This document shows positions 28,399-43,380 of a stretch of 64,000 nucleotides of DNA, one piece after another (the stretch's first letter is position 1; the number at the start of each line of letters is the position of its first letter). Below the pieces are notes generated by a model. It was not told the origin of the DNA. It was given only the letters and a program-made list of their open reading frames with translations, and ran no database searches. The DNA comes from Octopus vulgaris (Eukaryota): NCBI GenBank assembly GCA_951406725.2, contig OX597827.1, forward strand, positions 46,686,001-46,750,000, in the 5' to 3' direction. Made by a program: the position numbers and the translations under genes.

Positions 28399-28788
28399 CT
28401 AGCAGTATCGCCCGGCGTTGCTCGGGTTTGTAAGGTAAATAACTATATAAGCGTTTTTAGAGATGTAAAGTATAATAGCCATCTCAATATGGCTAACCAC
28501 AAATGGGGGGGGGGTGTTACTGTAGCTTTTCACGTTCTGAGATTTAAAAATTAATTTTTAGAGAGTTACTTCCCTTATATATGCCAAAAATGCATTAAAA
28601 ATGGGGAAAATTGATGGTAATTTTTTTTTAAATCGTAGACTCATCGTAGACGCGCGATATGAAGTGCTCGATATGAATCACGACTATAAGATACCCGGTT
28701 TTGGTTAAACTGCACCGCAAAATGTGGGAGTTGTTAGAAATCTAAATCGTAGGAGACAGACACACAACTTGACTTTTGCATATAAAGA
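28399..28788 (-). mobile_element. Non-autonomous Helitron (390 bp)
   Basis: Minus strand A|TCTTTATAT start, terminal hairpin CCCG-AGCAACGC-CGGG, ends CTAG|T, no TSD. Confidence 0.8.
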
Positions 28789-28792
28789 TATA

Positions 28793-29485
28793 TATAACAG
28801 TGTATAAAGAATTTACGTATTTATACACGAAAGAGGTGACCTTTGATAGGACACCTTACATGCTAGAAAGGCAGTTAAAGCCCAAACCATGAACAAGACC
28901 AATTTTAAAGGGAATGACAATAAAAATATTTCTGTAGTTACCCTCAAGTTCGAGTTTCTTAATCAATTTGCAAAATAAATTAATTTGCCATCCGTACTTC
29001 TTCAGTGAGGGCGCTAAAATTAATGCACGTTCTACATAGTTATACATTATAATTTTCGACCCCACCACGCCAGCGCAGATACATTCGGCGGCAAATAATA
29101 ATAAAGAATTAAAACTGCGTACCAGAAAGGCTTTGAAACTACGAGAATTTTACTGTGAAAATAATAAGGGTTGAACATTTAGAAAACTTTTCATACCCGT
29201 GGCCAGCATGCGTAATAAAGTCAATAGACAACTTATTTTCATATACAATAGTGTATAAACAATTTACATATATATACACGAAAGAGGTGACCTTTGACAG
29301 GACACCTTATATGCTAGAAAGGGTAGTTAAAGCCCAAACCACGAATAAGAGCAATTTCAAAGGGAATGTAAATAAAAATACGTAAATTGTTCACACACTG
29401 TTATATGGGAAAAATATGTTGTCTATTGACATTATTACGCATGCTATAGCCACCGGTATAAAGATTTTTCTAAATTTTCTACCTT
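28793..29485. repeat. Foldback element with an adjacent internal duplication
   Basis: 29170-29270 is inverted at 29379-29480; 28793-28916 is a direct copy of ~29245-29368. Confidence 0.75.
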
Positions 29486-29796
29486 TATTATATATATATA
29501 TAGTCACGTTTGAGTTCTATTTTCCTGTTTGCATACATACATACATACATACATACATACATACATACATACATACATACATACATACATACATACATAC
29601 ATACACACCCATACATACATACGTACATACATACATATATATACATACATAAAATTATCTTTCCTGCCAACAACTTGCAAATGCAAACGTTACCGGTCAA
29701 AAGCTCCACATAGCAGATGCTTACAAGATTATTGGGTCACCAGGAGAAAATGCGGGCCGTTTATGGGCGTTTCTCTTGATATATATATATGTATAT

Positions 29797-29990
29797 AGGG
29801 AGAGGTTACGAAAAAAAAACAAACAAAAGACGAAGACAGGGGGTGTACAAAACAAACAGATGTATTAGTATAACACTCAGGAATAGAAAAAGTCTTTTAC
29901 GTTTCGAGCCTACGCTCTTCTACAGAAAGGGACACAGAAAAAACAAGGAGAGAAAAAAATGTGTGTAGTGGCTCACGATCTACCATGGCG
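29797..29990 (-). repeat. ~190 bp dispersed repeat with a hammerhead-like motif; copies 8740-8900, 20660-20722 (partial), 39415-39593(+)
   Basis: Homologous copies containing CTTT-CTGTAGA-AGAGC-GTAG-GCTC-GAAACGTA-AAAG, usually abutting (TA)n. Confidence 0.8.
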
Positions 29991-31707
29991 ATATATGTAC
30001 ATATTGAAAGATGTTAAATTACCAAAGAGAAGTGAACCTTGCTTCTGCAGTAAGTCGTATGAGCAGTGCTATTTTATATAGCGCACACTCAACCACACAT
30101 CTATGTAATGTATATGTATAAATATACGTGTGTATGTGTGTATGTATCTCTGTGTATGTTTGTATGTGTGTGTGTGTGTTTGTGTGTGTTTGTTTGTCTT
30201 TAGCTGTATGTAAACATACATATTTTAGGATACGTACAGGTAGGTTATAATGTTTAAATATATGTGTTAAACGGCCAAGAAGCTTTATACATTTAAATGA
30301 AATGCCATACAGCGCACGAAATACGGCAGTGAATATCTATTTCTGAAGATGACGTATAAATGTCTTCTTTGTTTAGTAAGTAAGATAAACACTGAACCAG
30401 ACAGGGAATTAATGAGAAAATATTACCAGTTTCAAGTACTAAGCTTTCAGCGAACTTAGACACAGCCGCATAGTGAGCTAACCTTCCACGACTACTTGCG
30501 AGTCATCGTTGTCATGGTGGTCGGCATCGTCATCATCGTCCTCATCTTTATCCTTATCCTTACCACCACCACCACCACCACCACCACCACCACCACCAGT
30601 ACTATCTTCCTCCTGCCCCTCCTCTTCATCATAGTCGTCATCGTCGTCATTATTAATGTGATCGACATTATCGTCATCAACGTCGTCGTTATCATTATTG
30701 TTATCATCATCATCATCATTGAGGACATCGTGTTCATCATCATCATCATCAACACTACCAGCATTATCCTCTTCCTCCTCCTCCTTGTCGACGTCGTCGT
30801 CGTTGTCGTCATTATTATCGTGATCGATTTCATCATCATCATCATCATCAGCGTCATCATAATCTCCATCATCATCACCACTCCTACCATCGTCGTCATC
30901 ATCCTCATCATCATCGTCACCACCACCAAGGTCACAGCACGCATCCGGGAATCGAACTCGCGACCTTATGATCGCGAACCGGATACCCCTTAACCACTAA
31001 ACCACGTACCTTCACCTCAAATAATTCTGGACACACCGAATAACGTAGTGTTTAAAAACTTAAGAAAGGATCGTCATGTTTGGAATGCTTTTGATTGTAG
31101 ATCTACTCAATCAAGGCTGACCTGGAGTTAAAACAACCTCCACTGTGGGGAGGTTGTCAGCGAAAGAGTGCTTTCACGTGATATCTTGGACTTCGAGAAA
31201 TAACAGCCAAATCACAGTCAAACAACACCTGAAAATCTTAAAAAGTTAGGACATAATTTAGGTAAACGTAGTCTCAAATGGCGAGAATTTGCAGACATGT
31301 TAGAAGCAGCTTTTGTTCCAGTTGTTTGTACTCTGAGTTCAAATTTATGTTTTTTGTCACGGGATCGATAAATAAAGTATCAGTTAAGTGTGAGACTGGA
31401 GTGACGAAAACCACAAAGATCCGCATCGCCTTGAATTGTTTTGGTTAAACAAATCGATTCCGGTATTTATATTCATTTTAAACGTCTGGTACTTACTCTA
31501 TCAGTTATTTTACTGAAACGCTAAGTTACAAGGATGTAAACAAACGAATACCGGTTGTCAAGCAATGTGGAGACACGCACGCACGCACGACGCACCCCCC
31601 ACCACATACGTACACACAGCGCCAGATTTTGGAAATTTTGTTCGGTTGAAATGCTGCAGATGGACCTTATAGATAAAAAGTGAAAAAACGTCCAATTAAT
31701 CCTAGTC

Positions 31708-32045
31708 TGTGAAGGCGCATGGCTCAGTGGTTAGAGGGTCGAACTTACGACCGTGAGGTTGTGAGTTCGAATCCAGGACCGGATTACGTGTTGTGTTCTT
31801 GAGCAAGACACCTTATTTCACGTTGTTCCACTTCACTCAGCTGTAGAAATGAGCTGCGACATCACTGGTGCCAAGCTGTATCGGCCTTTGCCTTTCCCTT
31901 GGATAACACTGGGTGCGTAGAGAGGGGAGGCCGGTATGCATGGGCGACTGCTGGTATTCCACTAACAACCTTGCCCGGACTTGTGTCTTGTAGGGTAACT
32001 TTCTAGGTGCAATCCCATAGTCATTTGTGACCGAAGAGGGTCTCC
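31708..32045 (+). mobile_element. tRNA-derived SINE, head H2 plus tail T4
   Basis: TGTGAAGGCGCATGGCTCAGTGGTTAG..GAGTTCGAATCC, then CORE-like TTGAGCAAGACAC..CACTCAGCTGTAGAAATGAG, then a distinct tail. Confidence 0.8.
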
Positions 32046-32179
32046 GAATCGTAGTCTACTGACGATAAATTCCTCCCTTATTAAAATTCACTTTTACTAG
32101 ACAAAGAACTAAATTAATTGACCACACTTTTAAAGAACGCATTGTACAATTTAGTTGATCGCTAAATTAGGAGATTTCA

Positions 32180-32630
32180 TTGGTGACTGACGGCTATGTG
32201 AAACTGCTGGAGTCTGTAGTCAATTCCTGGCTGGAGAGGGTTGTTGCTGGAAGGCCATCTTTCTGCAAGAAAGAGACAAAAGTGATTGTCAGAGAATTTC
32301 TACGGCTTCGCCGGCCTCAATTGCTGGCAATCAAATTCCCTAGATTGTAACCCCACGAAAGACACCGACCTGTCTGCCTGCAACAACAAGGTTGAGCTGG
32401 TGGTGTTCGAAGATCTTCACAAGGAGAAAGTAAAGAAAGTATGCGCCAGGTTCCGGAGCCGTCTTAAGGCTGTAGTTGAAACAGAGGGCGGCTCCTTTGA
32501 GGAAGCTGTTATCTCCAAGACACAATTTAGTTGATATTTTTTGATTTTTTAAAATACTTTTATTTTTTGAAGTGATAGTGTTTTCTTTTCCTTTTATGCA
32601 ATCTGTCAAATTATGCATAGCCACCCCTTA
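32180..32630 (+). mobile_element. Decayed Tc1/mariner (maT-like) 3' fragment, related to 7281-8118
   Basis: WLERVVAGRP, LSENF..WQSNSLDCNP, KVCARFRSRLKAVVETEGGSFE. Confidence 0.75.
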
Positions 32631-33339
32631 CATACACACACACACACAGCAAGTGCCAAATTTAATAAGGCACTAGTCGACCCCCGGGCTACAGTAAAAC
32701 ACTGCTACATAGTGGAACTGAACTCAAAACTGCGTGGTAGCTAAGCGAACTTAATTACACAGACATGCCTGCATCTATGCACTGAAATCTCTTTCTTTCT
32801 TTCTATCTTTCTATCTTTCTTTCTTTCTTTCTTTCTTTATTTCTTTCTCTCTTTCATTCTTTCACTCCTTGCAAATCCAGCGCCATCTTGCTGTTGGCAC
32901 TGACATCATAAGACATAAGCATGTCATGCAGGGCGACGTGTAAAACTGAAAAAGAATGATGACGATGATGATGACGACAGTAATGATGGTTGGTGGGGGT
33001 GATGATGGTGATGATGATGATGATGATAATGGTGATGAGGATGATGGGGTTGATGTTACCAATTATAGTCATGATAATCACGATGATGACAACGAACTCG
33101 GAGGTAATAAAGATGGTGACAATGTTGCTGCTACTGCTGCCGCTGCTGCTGCTGCTGCAGCTGCAGCTAGTCATAGGGAAAATGATAGCAACTGTGGTGG
33201 TGGTGGTGGTGGTGGTGATGGTTAGTGGTTACTGGTGAGGAGGAAGAGAAAGACAAAAATAAACTGAAGTGATTCGGCGAAACAGAAGGTATAATAGATT
33301 TCAATTTCCATCATCACTAGCACCACCACCACCACCACC

Positions 33340-33436
<97 letters not shown>

Positions 33437-33763
33437 GCAGCAGCATTGCCAGTGGCACCGGCGTCTCCATCGCCATTGATTCTAAGCGAGCTACTGTCAC
33501 CGAATATGTATTAAACAAGGTGAACTGTGACCTTTCCAGTAAAACGCAGGAGCTGATTTTATATGGCAGTAATCGAATGAAATAGGAATACACACACACA
33601 CACACACACACATACACGCACACACGCACACATAATATATATACATACACACACAATATATACATGCATGTACATAAATATGTATACATACACGCACATA
33701 TGTAATTCACACACACACATATATATATACATACATATATTTATACACACACACATGTATATG

Positions 33764-33802
<39 letters not shown>

Positions 33803-33995
33803 ATATATATATATACATATACATACATACATATATATATATACATATATATACATATATTGAATACATACATACATACACATATATAAATATGTGTGTG
33901 TACATACATATATACATTCATATATATAATATATATACACATATTAAATATATACATACATATATATAAATATGTGTGTGTATAAGTTTGCAGGC

Positions 33996-34034
<39 letters not shown>

Positions 34035-34066
34035 CGTGAACACACGTATGTGTGTGTATAACTTTG

Positions 34067-34108
<42 letters not shown>

Positions 34109-34175
34109 CACACGCACACACATATCTATACAGAAATAATTTATATATGTATACATAAATGCGCGCACACACACA

Positions 34176-34212
<37 letters not shown>

Positions 34213-34578
34213 TCATACACGCACGGAGAAATATAACAGCTAAAAATCTACATATTATATACAATAAATTTCATTTTCTAAATAAATCAACTTTGACAAA
34301 TTGAGTTATCAGATTTCATAGAGTTGAATTGAAGACTGAAATGGTGAGGCCGGTTCTCAGCGCTTATGTTTCTTTCTATGGTTTTATTCTCCACTTATTT
34401 CACTTCTGTTTCGAGGTGGTTGTTTTTCTTTTTATTCCCTAGCAGAAACGGAAACTACATTTTGAGTGGCATACTTGGAAGGAGTTATTTATTTTCTGTC
34501 ACAATTTTGTAAAGATAAACTACTAGGCATTAATATGGATAAATGCATGTATATGTATACATGTCAATGAATGTGTGC

Positions 34579-34643
<65 letters not shown>

Positions 34644-34704
34644 TACATGTATATATAATGCATATTTCAAAATATAATGGACATGTATACGTATCTGTAT
34701 GTAC

Positions 34705-34783
<79 letters not shown>

Positions 34784-34895
34784 GTATAGTTACCTACAAA
34801 CAAACGCATACATTGTATACGCATGAGCACAAACATACTAATATATGTATATAAATCAGTGAGTGCATATGTATGTAGATATACCTGTATAAAGA

Positions 34896-34985
<90 letters not shown>

Positions 34986-35129
34986 GTGAGATAGCAAGAT
35001 CAATAGACGAGATAATAAATAAAAAGAATATGGCTGACAAATAGACAGTTTACAGTTATATGCTGGGAAATAATAGACACACATATATGCATGTATGTAT
35101 TTATAAATATGCATATACATGCGTGCATA

Positions 35130-35175
<46 letters not shown>

Positions 35176-35257
35176 TAAATATATAATCATATGTATATAC
35201 ATGAAGACCTATATTATATATGTGTGTGTGTGTACATATATACATGTTTATATATAC

Positions 35258-35304
<47 letters not shown>

Positions 35305-36193
35305 TGCATGCGTATACATATATATATGTATACATGCACATATGCACATATATAAACTGCTTAAATGACATGGGAAAAATAAATCAAGCTAGTATACATT
35401 ACAAAAAAAACTATACATATCCTATATATCATTCACATGGATTTCGATCTTCACATGTATGGGAAATGTGCATATAAAATTATACATACATACATCGCTT
35501 TCATCAGCAAGTGATAGAGTGTGCACTATGAGGATATCACAGCCCGGCTTCGTCACAACTTTTTGAAAAATCACTAGAATTTATCTAGACTAGCTGAAAA
35601 TTTAAGAAAATTCAAATGATATCTCTCTCTTTGTAAAATAAAGTTATCAGCATTTAAAATCAAATGTTAATAATATTTTCGACTGATGTCTGTAGATACT
35701 GGCGTACTGAAACATGGTAGTCACACTGGTACGTAAAAACCCAGTAACAATAACATGTTTGTATTGTTGAATATATCGCAAGCAACTGATGATGGCAAAA
35801 TGAGGCTGTGATGGAGATAGGAAGAAATTGAGTAGACATGATGGGGAATTATGGTTGCATATAAAACTAGGAAGAATAGATGAGACCGTGAGGCCAGTGA
35901 TTGGGTGTGGTTTGAAAGAAATCCTTTCCACATCTATCTAGCTGGGGACATAAACATCTCCGGCCGCATATAAAGGGTAAATTCTATCAATTTGTTTATA
36001 ATTTGATGTCTTAACTGAGGAAGACTTTGTATAAGAGATGAAATTGCCTTATATCCGAAACGTACGTAATAAATGCATTCAACATATCATTGCTTGGTTT
36101 AACTTCATTATTATACATGGCTATATGCCCTGTCCAACAAACTACCCAGTCCTAACTCCATTCACACACACATGCGTATATATATAAATATAA

Positions 36194-36268
<75 letters not shown>

Positions 36269-36674
36269 CTTTTACTCTTTTACTTGTTTCAGTCATTTGA
36301 CTGCGGCCATGCTGGAGCACCGCCTTTAATCGAGCAACTCGACCCCGGAACTTATTCTTTTGTAAGCCCAGTACTTATTCTATCGGTCTCTTTTGCCGAA
36401 CCGCTAAGTAACGGGGACATAAACACACCGGCATCGGTTGTCAAGCGATGTTGGGGGGACAAACACAGACACACAAACACACACACGCATACATACATAT
36501 ATATACATATATACGACGGGCTTCTTTCAGTTTCCGTCTACCAAATCCACTCACAAGGCTTTGGTCGGCCCGAGGCTATAGTCGAAGACACTTGCCCAAG
36601 GTGCCACGCAGTGGGACTGAACCCGGAACCATGTGGTTGGTAGACAGGCTACTTACCACACAGCCACTCCTGCG

Positions 36675-36725
<51 letters not shown>

Positions 36726-38422
36726 CATATAAATACTTGGAAAAGGATGCGTGGCGTTCGATCATATAATAATATAAATAATATATAAATATATGCATAT
36801 ATACATACCTACATATATATGTATATATGCATGCATGTATGGGCACAGGACATAAAAAAAACGTTGAACACAATGAGAAATGAAAACAAAAACAAAAACA
36901 TAGAAACGAACTTTTTTCGAACAACGAAAAAAAACAAACAAACAAACATGGAAACGAGACATACAACATAAAGAATATTCCCCTTCTTCAGTTGTCCCTG
37001 TTTCATCTACTCCGCGTTCGAAGGCAAGGACAAGACGCGACTTAGTTGAAACAGTCCTTCCCGCAAAGCAAATTGAATAAAATTTGGGATTTTTTGCGGA
37101 GAGTGAAAGTGGTAACAAGAACAGGACAGTGAGAACAAAACAGTAAAAACACACGGTGAGGGCTGTTAAGCCAAGACGCTAGAAAAATTATTATGAACGC
37201 TAGGAAGACGAGCTTATGAAAGAGACTGTATAAGCACGTTTTGTCTTTAAGAAAGTAGTGGGCAGAAATGCCATCTTTGAATGATTTAACAGATGAATTG
37301 TAGCTTATAAAACAAGCTTTTATTTGTTTCTAATGTTTTTGTTATTGTGTTTCTGAATATTTTCAATGTAATTTTGTCGTCTTGTTTCAGATCAACCTAC
37401 GATTGAAGGAGTTTTAACTGGAGCCATCGCTTTTTTTAGACTGTGTCTTTCACAATATACATAATCCAATATGTCCTTGACATTTTAAAGACGACCGGGA
37501 CTGATTTTATGGAGATTTTGCTGTTGTTTCTAGCTTGTCAAACGACCACATAGAGGCTACCAGTGTTTTCAATTTATCTTTATTATATCCATTCGAAAAG
37601 CTAAAAGTTTTTTTTCTTTTTAAAGTCAAAAGCTGTTTAAGTAAAAATAGCAGAAGAATTGATCGTTGACAACGAAACAAGATTACTAAGACTGTTGATA
37701 TTTCTCAAATGAAATGGATTCTTCATATAGTTGTATTGCTGTGTACACTCTGAATGAGCGTCGGTGAAATCAACTAATATTCATTGGAATAAATTGTTCT
37801 GGGAATTCACCTTACACCTTGACTCACCACACGCTCGCTAGTGCAGAGGGAATGCATCATCTTTACTCTACGAACTTCCACACTTGCAAGCATAGCATCA
37901 ATAAATACCTCTCATCTCCTTGTCGAGTCCCGCTCTCTAACACGTTTACAGTTTGTAACGTCTACTATATAATTTTTATTTATTCTTCTCTTGATCTTAA
38001 TGACTTCTCATACGCTTCGAATTTATCCTTTATCATTTTCCTACTTTCAATTTTCCAATATTTTATTGGTCGTTTCCTAACCGTCTTCTAGTCTCTTGCT
38101 CATTCTTTACCCCACCATTTCCTTATTTTTCAAATTTGCCAGCGGTCTCTTCTTTCACTACTGTTCAATACAAGTTGCCTCTTGACCCCTTTGGTAATTG
38201 TCTCCTGTGTGGTCTTCTACTATTCTCTTACTTCTCCTACACCCAATCTGTCTATTCAGCACCATCAAAGAATATTAGTCTCCGACAAAAACTGTTATCA
38301 GATTTTTCTCCTCTATGTAGAAATAAATTCTGTCAACATTTGAAGTACTCATGAACTCGAATAACCGACTATTTTATATGGATTTTATTATTTACTCAAA
38401 TGAAACTGCATTTTATTGCTAA

Positions 38423-38483
<61 letters not shown>

Positions 38484-38836
38484 GGTGAATCTTTATTTTT
38501 TAATTTTCAGTTGTTATTTATCAGTTTAAAATTTATATAAACAATATAATAAAAGCCATTCAAGCTTTTCTGGAGTTACAGAAGTGCAAAGGACTTAGTT
38601 CTCACGAAAGACGTACCTATTTATTTTGCCAATATTTAGTTAAAGTTAAACAACACACATGTATTCATATATATATTTATACATATATATATATATACTC
38701 TTTTACTCTTTTACTTGTTTCAGTCATTTGACCCCAGGACTTATTCTTTGTAAGCCTAGTACTTATTCTATCGGTCTCTTTTGCCGAACCGCTAAGTTGT
38801 CAAGCGATGTTGGAGGGACAAACACAGACACCCAAA

Positions 38837-38872
<36 letters not shown>

Positions 38873-40779
38873 GTACATATATAAGACGGGCTTCTTTCAG
38901 TTTCCGTCTACCAAATCCACTCGCAAGGCTTTGGTCAGCCCGAGGCTATAGCAGAAGACAGTTGCCCAAAGTGCCACGCAGTGGGACTGAACCCGGAACC
39001 ATGTGGTTGTTAAGCAAGTTACTTACCGCACAGCCACTCTCGCGCCTATATATATATACATATATAACCACATACAATATTTTTCACTGTAAATACATTC
39101 CATGAGTATATGTAAGTCTTCCATTTATTCTTATCCTGTTCCTCGTTGACAAAGGAAGAATCCTTTTGGATTAATCCAGAAATCGCTCCAATTCGGGGAT
39201 AACGAATTTTAGAAATTTCTGTTAGCTTGCTTTCCTCGTTTCAACACGCTGTGTATTTATAGTGGAAAATATTGTGTGATTAAATGATCTAAAGTCTATT
39301 TTTCAGCATATTGGCATAGAAAATTTTTTTACCTTTGCCCTTATAATTTTCATCTTAAAGGGTATTTTAATATGCTGACCACTGATAAAATCTTCTTTTG
39401 AAAACTTTTTCCTCGATCGTTAGCTACTACACACATTTTTTCTCCCCTTGTTTTTTCTGTGACCCTTTCTGTAGAAGAGCGTAGGCTCGAAACGTAAAAG
39501 ACTTTTTATATTCCTAAGCGTTATACTAATACATCTGTTTGTTTTGTACACCACCTGTCTTCGTCTTTTGTTTTTTTTCGTAAACTCTCCCTATATATAT
39601 ATATACATACAAGTTAATTAATCGTATGGAACACACCTGGTAATTTGCCGGTAAAGCACGTTCACTGCACGTTGGGCATTTGAATGGTGAGAGAGACGTA
39701 ATATGGAAGATACGAGAATCTTTATTGATCACAACCTAATGAAATTACCCGAGGAAACACATCTACACCGAGAGATACATTTAAACAAGATGTGCAGAAC
39801 ATCTCCCGTAAGGGATCGATGCTAGACAGGACGAAACAATTGTAATGATCAATAAAGATTCTGGTATCTTCCATATTCCATCTCTCTCATTCATCATATA
39901 TATTACAAAACCATAAGGCTTCCGCACATTTTCCGTATACCACATTCCGTTTACAAAGTATTTGTAGACAGAAAGAATATGCAAAGTAAGCCGCGGAGTG
40001 GAATCGAAATCGATACGACGTGGTCGGGAAACGAAATTCTTAGCCATGAAGCCATACCAGCTACCATGTAATCATATGTTCCGTACATTCTTTTATTTTC
40101 TTACTATCACTTATGGATGTTACAAAGGATATTTTATTCTTTGAATTTAATTTTCAAGCTTTAATCAAACTTAATCTTCTTTGCATGTCCAACAATCGAA
40201 TGATGAAAGCGAAATAGAAAGAGAAAGAGAAAAAACAAGACACTTAAGTCAATTGAACATACTTAATGTTGTATACTGCTTTTGTTATTTCTTTCTTTTT
40301 TATTGATGCAACATGCGATATTTTCATTTTCTGCTAATAATGTTTTTCCTCTTCTAATCAAGCTTAATGCTAATGCATGTTCAGCAGTCGAACAATAAGA
40401 AAGTGACTGAGATCAATTGTATATACTTAATATACTTAACGCTGTATATTTTCTTTAAGTTGTTGCTATTTACTTATAAGTGAAATATTCTGTCCTCTGT
40501 AATTAATTCCTGAGCTCTAATCATGATTAACAAATGTACAACGATCAAATAATCACAGAGTCACTGAGGTCAGCTCCAAATACGCAGTGCTTTCTTAATA
40601 TTTTGCAACGCGGAGATTTTCAACATAAAATAATATTAAACCTCATATGGATTAGGCGTACTGACGAGATCCAAACTACATATCTATCACTTTCCAGGCG
40701 ATTATGTTACAGATATACAGCAGAACGTTTAATCTCTTTGCCTCAAATTAGATATTTCAATCTGTTTTTTATCCATTCA

Positions 40780-41030
40780 TAGGTGTGCTCCGTCCACAAG
40801 TCCTTGGTGGACCGTGGAGGTAGAGTTCTGGAACGCCACCTCCATAAGATCCTATTAGAAGCAAACGTCATTAGAATTTCAGGATGGATTCCCAAGCATG
40901 AGACGGTGGATATTATTCAACCATCTCGTTCTTGGACTATCCCTAGGTCTCCTGGCTGTTGGTTCGGTTTGAAGAATCCGTCTTGTGAGTCTTTTCTGCG
41001 ACATTCTAATCACGTGTTCGCATTTCATTA
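40780..41030 (-). mobile_element. Probable RTE-like LINE 3' fragment
   Basis: Degenerate RPRDSPRTRW-like segment (GRP..RW motif) on the minus strand, followed by a short tail. Confidence 0.4.
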
Positions 41031-41886
41031 CTTTCTACTGCAGAGGCGTTAAAAACTGAGTCTAGTTACACTAAATTTAGCAAACGTTTTCTAACATACA
41101 GCTGTTTGTATTTCATGTACACACACACACACAGACACACACACACACAGGCATGCACACACGCATGCACGCACGCATGCACACACGCATGCACACACGC
41201 ATGCACACAAACATGCCTACATGCATACATACGTACGAACGTAGGTACATTTATAATTACACATCATGTTTGCAAGTTTGACGTCATGTTTGCAAGTTAT
41301 GAACAAAGATGTAAAAACAACTCAAAACATACATTTGAGCAAATACATACAAATACAATATGTATGAATTTATTTGTGTGTGTGTGTGTGTTTGTGAGGT
41401 GGTTGTGATGGTGGTGGTGGTGTACATATGTGTATGTATGTGTGTGTATTTATGTTTAAGTTGATTTCTGCTCTATTGTAAGCGTTCATGTCCCGGTGTG
41501 TAACTTTGTAACTTGAAGTGATAGCCCCAATGGGAAATTATTCAAGTCACACGCACACACACACACATACACACACACATACACACACACACATACACAC
41601 ACTCACACACACATGTATATATATATATATATGAATATTTGTATGTACACGTAAGCGTATATACATATGTATGTATATATATATATATATGTATACATAG
41701 GTGTATATATGTGGATATATATATGTGCTTATATTTACATTAATATATATATATATAGGTTTACATATACCTACATGTCTATATATTCCTGTATATGTTT
41801 GTATGTATGTACATATATCTATATCTATTTATCTATCTGTCTATCTATCTATCTATCTGTCTATCTATCTATATACACATATGTAT

Positions 41887-41959
<73 letters not shown>

Positions 41960-42894
41960 TAGATAGATAGATATATGTACCTATATATATAATATAATAT
42001 TTTACAACATAATGTAATATAATGTAATATATGTATATAGTGTGTGTTTATATATGTATGTATATGTATGTGTATGTGTGTTTGCGTGTATCTATGTGTG
42101 TCTCTATGTGTGTATTTATTCAAGCAGTGCGTTGTGATTTCATCAGATGAGCTGATCTGCTGCAACAGAAGAGTAACAGAAGGCAATTCACATCGTTAAC
42201 GCCTGTCATTTATTATTGATATTTTACGTCGATATTCATAACCATTATTAATTCTTATTCTGATCTTAAGCGACTGCTCTATCTTGCTGTTGTTATTGTT
42301 ATTGTTATTGTCGTTGCTGCTGGTTTTATTGTTGTTATTGTTGTTGCCGGTAGTGTCTTTGTTTAATCTCTCATGACTTCTTTCACTCCTCACCACACAA
42401 TCTTTGTCTTATATTTTAAGTATCGCTTTTTTTGTTTTAACTTCGAAGATATTTTTTTTAATATTCTTGTTCATATTTCATCATCGTTAATTGTAAGCGT
42501 ATACAGGTTTCAAGTCGTTGTATTACGTCACATTATCTTCACGTTTGCCTAATAATAACAGCCAAAGTTAAGCGCCAGACCACAACACAAAACTGACAAA
42601 GTGATCATCTACCAATCCTGCTAAAAAGAGTAGCTAAATCACTCTCAAAATCACAAGATATTGATAACAATAATGACAATAATCTTTTCCACTATAGGCA
42701 TAAGGCCTGAAATTCTATTTTTTGGGAGGAGGGGACTATCCAATTACATCGACCTCAGTGGTACTTAAGTTACCGATTCCGAAAGGATGAAGGGGCAAGT
42801 CGACGTCGGCAGAATTCGAACTCAGAACGTAGCGACGGATGAAATGCCGCTATTTTGTGCGGCGTGCTAACGATTCTACCAGGTGGCTGCCTTA

Positions 42895-42926
<32 letters not shown>

Positions 42927-42947
42927 AATAATAATAATAATAATAAT

Positions 42948-43000
<53 letters not shown>

Positions 43001-43130
43001 TGATGATGATAATTATAATGACAATAATAATGATAATGATAATAATAATGATGATAATAATAATAAGAATAAGAATAACAATAATAATAATAAGAAGAAT
43101 AAGAATAACAATGATAATAATAATAGTAAT

Positions 43131-43293
43131 TAGTGCACTGAAAAAGATCGGTGCAGGTGTGAAGGTAGAACATCAGTAGGAATTCTTCGCAGGGTTCTTG
43201 AAGCACGGCCAGTAAACAAGTGTGACCTTAGTCTGCTGGCTGTGGACAGCTGACACTTTCCATCATACCCAGCAAAATAAACTGTGAGTTTTC
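43131..43293 (+). mobile_element. Very short R4/Dong-like 3' end (family 1)
   Basis: LKKIGAGVKVEH..GILRRVLEA resembles the terminal helix (HILRKILSM / HILRRTLSI) of the neighbouring elements; ends directly in (TAA)n. Confidence 0.55.
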
Positions 43294-43361
<68 letters not shown>

Positions 43362-43380
43362 TATTATTATTATTATTATT

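Noticed and set aside
30492-30944. Long hydrophobic or Met-rich ORFs
   Set aside because: Degenerate (CAT)/(CAC)/(CGT) trinucleotide tract, like those at 6180-6470 and 32955-33440.
36011-36072. CUGAGGA...GAAACGUACGUA hammerhead-like motif
   Set aside because: Palindromic stem III is present, but stems I and II are mismatched at their bases; not counted.
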